Source: an uncultured Candidatus Saccharibacteria bacterium (lineage in GTDB: Bacteria; Patescibacteriota; Minisyncoccia; Minisyncoccales; UBA10102). Taken from it: a DNA stretch of 38,914 bases. How positions within the stretch are numbered: the stretch's first letter is position 1; each line of letters begins with the position of its first letter. Positions 33,164 to 38,914 of this stretch are shown here, piece by piece. The translations under genes were made by a program, and so were the position numbers. Location: NCBI GenBank assembly GCA_964471385.1, contig CAYYFJ010000001.1, positions 19,133-58,046 on the forward strand. Direction: 5' to 3'. The notes below the pieces were generated by a model. It was not told where the DNA came from and ran no database searches. It saw nothing but the letters and a program-made list of their open reading frames with translations.

Positions 33164-33207
33164 CAAAGGGCTCCGAATATTCGGAGCCCTTTTCTACGGC
33201 ATCAGGT
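33164..33207. repeat. 44-bp direct repeat DR2 (identical to DR1), which also serves as the terminator of the DUF378 gene
   Basis: Starts 6 nt after the DUF378 stop codon (33214-33216) in the minus-strand sense. Confidence 0.95.
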
Positions 33208-33213
33208 CAATCC

Positions 33214-33408
33214 TTATCCTCTTTTCGTGAATGCTTCCCACGCCACGTACACGGCTGACAATCCGACTAAATCATACACCAATTTTGCGGCTGTTGTCCC
33301 TTCGCCTAGAACGGCTGTCACGAGGTTGAAATCGAGCAAACCCACAAGGCCCCAGTTCAACCCGCCAACCACGACAAGAACCATGGCAAGCGTGCTTACA
33401 AGTTTCAT
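33214..33408 (-). CDS. DUF378-family small membrane protein
   Basis: LVVVGGLNWGLVGLLDFNLV...VYDLVGLSA is the characteristic DUF378 pattern. 64 aa. Confidence 0.8.
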   Translation of the reverse strand: MKLVSTLAMVLVVVGGLNWGLVGLLDFNLVTAVLGEGTTAAKLVYDLVGLSAVYVAWEAFTKRG

Positions 33409-33519
33409 ATTTTAAAGCGGCCAAAAATACTTATCAAAAGTACCCCCGACCTTTTCCACTATTTATTTTACCACTCCATCAAACCCGCACAAGACCGCGC
33501 CTGTGGATATCTCAAATAG

Positions 33520-36192
33520 CTATCGCGCGCTTCTTCTGTAGAAGAATTTCCGCGTCTCCTCCACAATAATAATGGAAAGAGCAATCGGCACAATCATAAG
33601 CCATTCGGAAAACGCAAGAGGAGTCGTATGGAGAAGTTTCTGCAGAACGGGATTGTACACCGCAAGCGCCTGCAAACCTATTACGATAGCGGTTGCCGCG
33701 ACCAGAAACATGTTGGAAAACGGATTCATCGCAAACACTGATTTTTCTTCAGAGCGGCAGTTCCACGCGTTCAGCCATTGAAATACAGCCAACGCGGTAA
33801 GTGAAATCGTCAACGCCTTCCCAAAATCGGTTTGCGCATACCGCGAAAAAAGATACAGGGCTCCGACAGCCATAGGAAGAGCCATAAAAAACATGCGCTG
33901 AGCCATCAATTTGTCAACAAGATAACGTTTCGGCCGTTCAAAATTGCCCTTCATCAGTCCTTTTTCTTTGGGCTCCATGGCAAGCGCGACGTCAAGAAAT
34001 CCGTCAGTCACAAAGTTCAGCCAGATAATCTGCGCGGGCAAAAGCGGAAGCGGATACCCAAGCAAAAGCGCGAGAACTATGGTAAACACTTCCCCGAAAC
34101 TTGTTGAAAAAAGGTACAGAATGACTTTTTTGATTGTTTTGTAAATGTTTCTGCCTTCTTCCACCGCCGCGACAATGCTTCCGAAGTTGTCGTCCAACAA
34201 CACAATGTCCGCCGCCTCTCTTGCCACTTCAGTGCCGATTTTTCCCATGGCGACCCCAAGGTCGGCCGCCACAAGCGAAGGAGCGTCGTTCACGCCGTCT
34301 CCGGTCATTGCCACGATTTCTCCACGCGCCTTATATGCCTGCACAATGCGCAGTTTATGCGTTGGCGTCACGCGGCTGAATACCGACGTAAAAGCAAGTT
34401 TTTGAGAAAGCTCCTTGTCTGACAAACTGTCAATGTCCTGTCCCGTAAGCGTTGTGTCTCCTTGCTGAAAAATGCCGGCTTCCTTCGCGATCGCCTGCGC
34501 TGTTTCTTTGTGATCTCCGGTGATCATCACAACATTTATGCCCGCCTCCTTTGCTCTGCGCACGGCAGGCGCGGCTTCCGGGCGCAAGGCGTCTCTCATG
34601 GCAAAGAATCCCCCGAACGTCAGCGATGAAATGTTCTTTGGATCAAGAGTGTCTGAAACCGCATGACTTACTGCAAACGCCAGCACGCGCAAAGCGTTCT
34701 GCGACATATTAGAAAACATCAGCTCCAGCGATTCTCGTTCATCGCGCTCCAGCGCATGGCTTTTTCCTCCGCGCCATGCGGTTTCAGAAAGCCGCAAGAT
34801 AACCTCGGGCGCTCCCGCAAGAACCAGAAGATTCCGTCCGTCTTCTTTATGGACCGTGGCGTGATATTTCAGTTTGTAATCAAACGGAATCTCTGCAATC
34901 AAGGGAGATTCCTGCTTCAGCTCGTCTTTGTGAAAGCCCAATTTTCTCGCAAACACAAGCAAAGCCGCCTCGGTTGGATCTCCTGCTATGCGCCATTGTT
35001 TTTGCTCCTGTGAAAACACCACCCGCGCGCTGGCGCAAAACGCGGCGGTTCTTGCCGCGAATAAAAGCTCCGGGTGATTAACCGCGTCAACCATATTTCC
35101 GTTAAGCCGCACTTCGCCCGCAGGGTCATACCCCGACCCTCCAATGTCAAACATTTTTCCGCCAACATAAACCTTTTCAATCATCAGCTCGTTTTTTGTG
35201 ATGGTGCCTGTTTTGTCCACCGCAATGACCCTTGCCTGCCCCAATGCCTCCACTGCCTGAAGCCGCTTCACCAACGCGTTGCGTTTTGACATTCTCCACA
35301 CTCCGGTTGCAAGCACAAGCGTCATCACAATGGGAAGCCCCTCGGGAATAATGGAGACGGAAAGCGAAACAACGGTGACAAACATTTGTCTGACTGGCGC
35401 TCCAAAAACAATGCCAAGAATAAACAGCGCGGCGCTGATAAACGCGGCTGTCGCTATGATAAGCCGGGTAAGAGCGCGTATATTCGCCTTAAGTGGAATC
35501 TCCGTGTCAATGGCTGACACTTCTTTGGCAACCTTTCCAATGGCAGTAACAAGCCCCGTTGCAACCGCAACCGCCTTGCCGGAACCTGCGACAATATTGG
35601 TGCCTTTCAGCGCCATGTTCTTTTGCGCGAGCGCGCCCGCCTCCGGTTTTTCCAACACATCTAGGATTTTGTGCACGGGTTCTGATTCTCCGGTAAGCGC
35701 CGATTCGTCAATGGTGAGATTTTGGCTGAAAATGATTCTTGCGTCCGCCGGCACTTTCTCACCCTCCTGCAGAATAAGAATGTCTCCCGGCGCAACCTCC
35801 TCGTCTGAAATGATAAGCTCTTTGCCTTCGCGTACGACAGTCGCCTTTGTTTCCACAAATGTTTTGAGCGCGTGCAATGTGTTTTGCGCTTTTCCCTCCT
35901 GCACGGTTCCGACAAGCGCGTTGAACAAAAGAACCGCGAAAATAACAAAGGCATCAGCCATTTGCCCCATTGCAAACACGAGCGCCGAAGCGCCAAAGAG
36001 AACATAAATCAAAGGGCTCTGGAATTGGCGCAAAAAAATAGCCGCAATACTTGGCGTTTTTGTTTCGGGCAGTTTGTTGCGGCCATGCGTTTTGAGGCGG
36101 CGCTTCGCTTCTGCCTCGTTCAATCCGTGCTCGCCTGTGCCCAGCTCTTCAAAAGTTTCAGAAACTGTTCGTAAATGCCATAAATGTTCCAT
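33520..36192 (-). CDS. Cation-transporting P-type ATPase, P2 type (Ca2+/Mg2+-ATPase-like)
   Basis: N-terminal cation-ATPase motif (GLNEAEAKRRL..HGRN), TGES, DKTGTITKN, MITGDHKETA, TGDGVNDAPSL, and 10-TM topology. ATG at 36190-36192 is preferred over the TTG at 36219. Confidence 0.9.
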   Translation of the reverse strand: MEHLWHLRTVSETFEELGTGEHGLNEAEAKRRLKTHGRNKLPETKTPSIAAIFLRQFQSPLIYVLFGASALVFAMGQMADAFVIFAVLLFNALVGTVQEGKAQNTLHALKTFVETKATVVREGKELIISDEEVAPGDILILQEGEKVPADARIIFSQNLTIDESALTGESEPVHKILDVLEKPEAGALAQKNMALKGTNIVAGSGKAVAVATGLVTAIGKVAKEVSAIDTEIPLKANIRALTRLIIATAAFISAALFILGIVFGAPVRQMFVTVVSLSVSIIPEGLPIVMTLVLATGVWRMSKRNALVKRLQAVEALGQARVIAVDKTGTITKNELMIEKVYVGGKMFDIGGSGYDPAGEVRLNGNMVDAVNHPELLFAARTAAFCASARVVFSQEQKQWRIAGDPTEAALLVFARKLGFHKDELKQESPLIAEIPFDYKLKYHATVHKEDGRNLLVLAGAPEVILRLSETAWRGGKSHALERDERESLELMFSNMSQNALRVLAFAVSHAVSDTLDPKNISSLTFGGFFAMRDALRPEAAPAVRRAKEAGINVVMITGDHKETAQAIAKEAGIFQQGDTTLTGQDIDSLSDKELSQKLAFTSVFSRVTPTHKLRIVQAYKARGEIVAMTGDGVNDAPSLVAADLGVAMGKIGTEVAREAADIVLLDDNFGSIVAAVEEGRNIYKTIKKVILYLFSTSFGEVFTIVLALLLGYPLPLLPAQIIWLNFVTDGFLDVALAMEPKEKGLMKGNFERPKRYLVDKLMAQRMFFMALPMAVGALYLFSRYAQTDFGKALTISLTALAVFQWLNAWNCRSEEKSVFAMNPFSNMFLVAATAIVIGLQALAVYNPVLQKLLHTTPLAFSEWLMIVPIALSIIIVEETRKFFYRRSAR

Positions 36193-36268
36193 ATGTAAGC
36201 GAGAAAAGACACTTGACAAATTTTCTCATCCAGATAGAATAAAAGCAATCACCAACGAAAAAGCCACC

Positions 36269-36790
36269 CTATAAGGTTTCGTCCTTGTGGGGCCTTTTTT
36301 GTTTATATTCAAGTTTTTGCCTCAAATCATTTGCATATCTCAAAAATGGCCTGAAGTTTTTATGTTTGAGCAAGGCAGAGAATTTCAAACGATTTGGAAT
36401 AAGCAAAATTCCAAGCTTGTTCTTTTCAACGAAATAATTTGCTAAACAATAAAAATCGCCGTCACCCGTAACAATGATTGCTTTGTCATAGCGCTCATAT
36501 TCAATCATTGCGTGCAGTACAAGTTCCGCGTCGCAATTTCCTTTTGTTGTTCCATCTTTATATCGCAGTGTCGGCTTGAAAATACAAAGAAACCCTGCTT
36601 CCTGCAACCGAATGTAAAGATCATTATTGCCTTCAATATACCCAATGAATAAAAACGCTTTTGACACATTATATTTCTCTTTGAGATAGACGCGAAAACG
36701 CAGAAAATCCAATTTCCAGCCGAGTTCCTGAATACTTAAATTCAGATTTTGGCTGTCTATAAACGCATAGTTGTTTAACTGAAGTTTCAT
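36269..36790 (-). CDS. NYN-domain (LabA/DUF88-like, PIN-fold) protein
   Basis: AFIDSQNL...GNCDAELVLHAM.....YDKAIIVTGDGDF matches the NYN/LabA acidic-residue pattern. Confidence 0.78.
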   Translation of the reverse strand: MKLQLNNYAFIDSQNLNLSIQELGWKLDFLRFRVYLKEKYNVSKAFLFIGYIEGNNDLYIRLQEAGFLCIFKPTLRYKDGTTKGNCDAELVLHAMIEYERYDKAIIVTGDGDFYCLANYFVEKNKLGILLIPNRLKFSALLKHKNFRPFLRYANDLRQKLEYKQKRPHKDETL

Positions 36791-36876
36791 TTGGCGATTA
36801 TATCATATTATTGCGCCGAGCTCACGCAAAAGGAGCTCCGAAGAGCTCCTTGTTCCCGTCGCTGGGTCTGCCGTCC

Positions 36877-36925
36877 GTCGCGGGGTCGTACCCCGCGACG
36901 CCGTCGCGGGGTCGTACCCCGCGAC
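36877..36925. repeat. REP-like element family B doublet, full-palindrome form GTCGCGGGG-tcgta-CCCCGCGAC (36877-36899 and 36903-36925)
   Basis: 9-bp stem and 5-nt loop, with a 26-nt period. It ends 1 nt before the typA stop codon. A degenerate partial copy lies just upstream at about 36855-36875. Confidence 0.85.
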
Positions 36926-36926
36926 G

Positions 36927-38723
36927 TTAATGGGAGGCGCGTTCGGCGCGCACGCGGTCAATTGCAGTCAGATATTTCTTGCGGAGGCGCGCGCTGTCGG
37001 GAGTAACCTCCAAATACTCGTCCTCCGCCATAATTTCAAGTCCGTTTTCAATGGTAAGCGCAAGCACAGGGTCCAGCTGGATTTTTTTGTCAGAATCAGA
37101 ATCGCGCATATTGGTCAAATGTTTGCCTTTTGTCGGATTGACCGACATCTCAACGCCGTTGGACACATTTCCAACCACCATGCCTTCATACACTTCGGTT
37201 CCCGGAGCCACATACAGCGTGCCGCGCTCCTGAAGATTGGCAAGCGCGTAGCTTAATGCTTTTCCTGAAGCCATGGAAACCATGGACCCAAATGTTTTTT
37301 TTGCGATAGCGCCGGCATACGGCTCAAACCCGAGAACGCGGCTGGAAAAAATGCCCTCGCCCCTTGTGTCCACCACAAACTGCCCCCTATATCCAAGCAA
37401 TCCCCTTGTGGGACCCTTAAACGTCAGGCGCACGGTATGTTCATGCGCGTGCACATTCGTGAGCACAGCTCCCCGCTGTCCGAGTTTTTCAATCACCGCG
37501 CCCTGAAACTCCGCGGGCGCGTCCACAATCACTTCTTCAAACGGCTCCATTTTTTTGCCGCCGATTTCTTTCACAATCACCTGCGGCTGGGACACCTGCA
37601 GTTCAAATCCCTCGCGGCGCATATTCTCCAGCAAAATGGCAATGTGCAATTCGCCTCTTCCATATACTTTGAACCGGTCGCCAGACTCGCTCTCTGAAAA
37701 ATCCACATGCAAGCCCACATTTACCTCCAGCTCTTTTTCAAGCCTCTCGCGCAACTGGCGCGACGTGACAAATTTGCCTTCTTTTCCCGCAAACGGAGAA
37801 TTGTTCACGAGAAAATTCAGCGCGATGGTCGGCTCATCTACTGTTATGGAAGGAAGCTGTTCCTGTTCGGGAGACGAACAAATAGTATCTCCAATGGTAA
37901 TGGCGGGAATGCCCGCGATCATCACAATGTCGCCCGCTGACGCTGACGCAACGTCTTCCCTTTCCAAGCCCCTGAAGGTAAAGAGTTTGGTGATTTTCCC
38001 GCGATACATTTCTCCTTCCTTGTTTTTTACAACCACCTCATCTCCCGTTTTGATTGTTCCGTCATATATTCTTGAAATGGCAAGGCGGCCGAGAAAATTG
38101 TCGTAGGCAAGGTTAAACGGCTGAACGCGCAAAAGAGCGTCAGCTTGCCCGGAAGCCGGCGGCACGTATTCTAAAATAGCGTCAAGCAGAGGAGCCAAAT
38201 TGCTTGATTCGTCAGCGAGTTTCTTTTTCGCCACGCCTTCCCTTCCCACCGCGTAAATCACGGGGAAATCAAGCTGTGCGTCGTTTGCTCCAAGCTCCAT
38301 AAAAAGCTCGTACACCTGCTCAATCGCGCGCTCCGGATCTGCGGCCTGCTTGTCAATTTTATTGATCACCACAATGGGCTTTAACCCAAGCTCTAGTCCC
38401 TTTTTCAGCACAAAACGGGTCTGGGGCATGGGCCCCTCCTGCGCGTCCACCACCAGAATAACAGAATCAATGGAACGCAGAACGCGCTCCACCTCCGAAC
38501 CAAAATCCGCGTGCCCGGGCGTGTCCACAATGTTGATTTTTGTACCTTTATAAAACGCGGCTGTGTTTTTCGCGTAAATGGTAATGCCGCGCTCCTGCTC
38601 TAAAGCGTTTGTGTCCATGCTCATGCCTTCTTTAAACATTCCGGTCTGGCGCATAATGGCGTCAGTCAGCGTGGTCTTTCCGTGATCCACATGAGCTATA
38701 ATCGCGATATTGCGTATTTCCAT
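36927..38723 (-). CDS. typA: Translational GTPase TypA/BipA
   Basis: [21 protein letters not shown] (G1), DTPGHADF (G3), NKID (G4), and EF-G-like domains throughout. ORF trimmed to the ATG at 38721-38723, because the upstream 39 codons run into the leader and repeats. Confidence 0.92.
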   Translation of the reverse strand: MEIRNIAIIAHVDHGKTTLTDAIMRQTGMFKEGMSMDTNALEQERGITIYAKNTAAFYKGTKINIVDTPGHADFGSEVERVLRSIDSVILVVDAQEGPMPQTRFVLKKGLELGLKPIVVINKIDKQAADPERAIEQVYELFMELGANDAQLDFPVIYAVGREGVAKKKLADESSNLAPLLDAILEYVPPASGQADALLRVQPFNLAYDNFLGRLAISRIYDGTIKTGDEVVVKNKEGEMYRGKITKLFTFRGLEREDVASASAGDIVMIAGIPAITIGDTICSSPEQEQLPSITVDEPTIALNFLVNNSPFAGKEGKFVTSRQLRERLEKELEVNVGLHVDFSESESGDRFKVYGRGELHIAILLENMRREGFELQVSQPQVIVKEIGGKKMEPFEEVIVDAPAEFQGAVIEKLGQRGAVLTNVHAHEHTVRLTFKGPTRGLLGYRGQFVVDTRGEGIFSSRVLGFEPYAGAIAKKTFGSMVSMASGKALSYALANLQERGTLYVAPGTEVYEGMVVGNVSNGVEMSVNPTKGKHLTNMRDSDSDKKIQLDPVLALTIENGLEIMAEDEYLEVTPDSARLRKKYLTAIDRVRAERASH

Positions 38724-38793
38724 AATGGCGGTATGTCGTTTCTCAATAAAAAACTGCTGGCAGACAGCAGAATCAAATCTGAATCCTGATAAA

Positions 38794-38822
38794 ATCATAC
38801 TATCAAACTGTCCCTTTTGCAA
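38794..38822 (-). promoter_or_regulatory. Promoter TTGCAA-N17-TATGAT for typA
   Basis: Minus strand reads cTTGCAAaagggacagtttgatagTATGATttt. Confidence 0.5.
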
Positions 38823-38831
38823 GTTTTTTTT

Positions 38832-38856
38832 CGGAGACACACCGGGTGTGTCTCCG
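38832..38856. repeat. REP-like hairpin family A, copy 5, variant loop (cGGAGACACAC-cgg-GTGTGTCTCCg)
   Basis: Perfect 11-bp stem, read directly. Confidence 0.85.
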
Positions 38857-38862
38857 ATTTCC

Positions 38863-38911
38863 GTCGCGGGGTCGTACCCCGTAATGGCGTCGCGGGGTCG
38901 TACCCCGTAAT
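38863..38911. repeat. REP-like element family B doublet (gtcgcggggtcgtaccccgtaat x 2)
   Basis: Units at 38863-38885 and 38889-38911. They are the reverse complement of the units at 1-23 and 38-60. Confidence 0.85.
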
Positions 38912-38914
38912 AAA

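Noticed and set aside
35279-36007. 242-aa plus-strand ORF antisense to the P2-type ATPase
   Set aside because: It lies entirely within a gene carrying unambiguous P-type ATPase motifs. Its translation is Ser/Thr/Ala-rich low complexity.
36877-36925. Possible CRISPR array, given the repeated 23-nt palindromic units (also at 1-60 and 38863-38911)
   Set aside because: There are only two units per locus, separated by 3 nt (15 nt including a partial copy at 1-60). There are no unique spacers of CRISPR length and no cas genes. The pattern fits REP/BIME-type doublets.
38724-38840. N-terminal 39-aa extension of typA (ORF start 38840)
   Set aside because: TypA/BipA proteins start a few residues before the G1 motif ([17 protein letters not shown]). 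The extension runs through the predicted promoter and leader into the REP-A hairpin.
1-38914. The whole window as a mobile element bounded by inverted terminal repeats (family B doublets at both ends)
   Set aside because: The same doublet also occurs internally at 36877. The content is mostly housekeeping (typA, uppP, PPIase, ATPases). No integrase or conjugation set is present. The repeat is better explained as a dispersed intergenic element.

Overview
38.9-kb window in which nearly all genes are on the minus strand. By hand count GC is about 47-53%. The gene content is a giant FN3/glycine-rich surface protein, two RRM-type RNA-binding proteins, a VirD4/TraD-like ATPase and DUF378/DUF1003/DUF2283-type small proteins. 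Many genes lack a Shine-Dalgarno sequence or sit directly behind a -10 box. Together this resembles an uncultivated small-genome bacterium (CPR/Patescibacteria-like); that assignment is inference only. Recognisable housekeeping genes are 2-hydroxyacid dehydrogenase, FKBP PPIase, uppP, a sensor kinase, an SDR, a csoR-DUF5676-copB copper module, a P2-type cation ATPase, an ECF-like sigma factor, NUDIX, a NYN protein and typA. The most unusual item is a 2.0-kb two-gene cassette at 31166-33163. It appears somewhat GC-richer than its surroundings and is bracketed by a perfect 44-bp direct repeat containing a 28-nt palindromic terminator. It encodes a protein with an N-terminal J-domain (HPD motif), a coiled coil and an unknown C-terminal domain, translationally coupled to an upstream 216-aa protein I cannot assign to a family. 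I read it as a horizontally inserted module of unknown function; a role as a DnaK-recruiting defence or selfish module is only a hypothesis. Other notable items: a RayT-like Y1 transposase flanked by copies of a perfect 9-11-bp-stem hairpin (REPtron-like); a 4 x 34-bp iteron-like tandem array; a second palindromic repeat family present as doublets at three loci, including both window ends; an 8.5-kb giant surface-protein gene apparently co-transcribed with a MacB-type ABC system whose ATPase carries large extra domains; conserved long leaders on the two RRM genes; a CsoR operator; and several candidate leaderless promoters.
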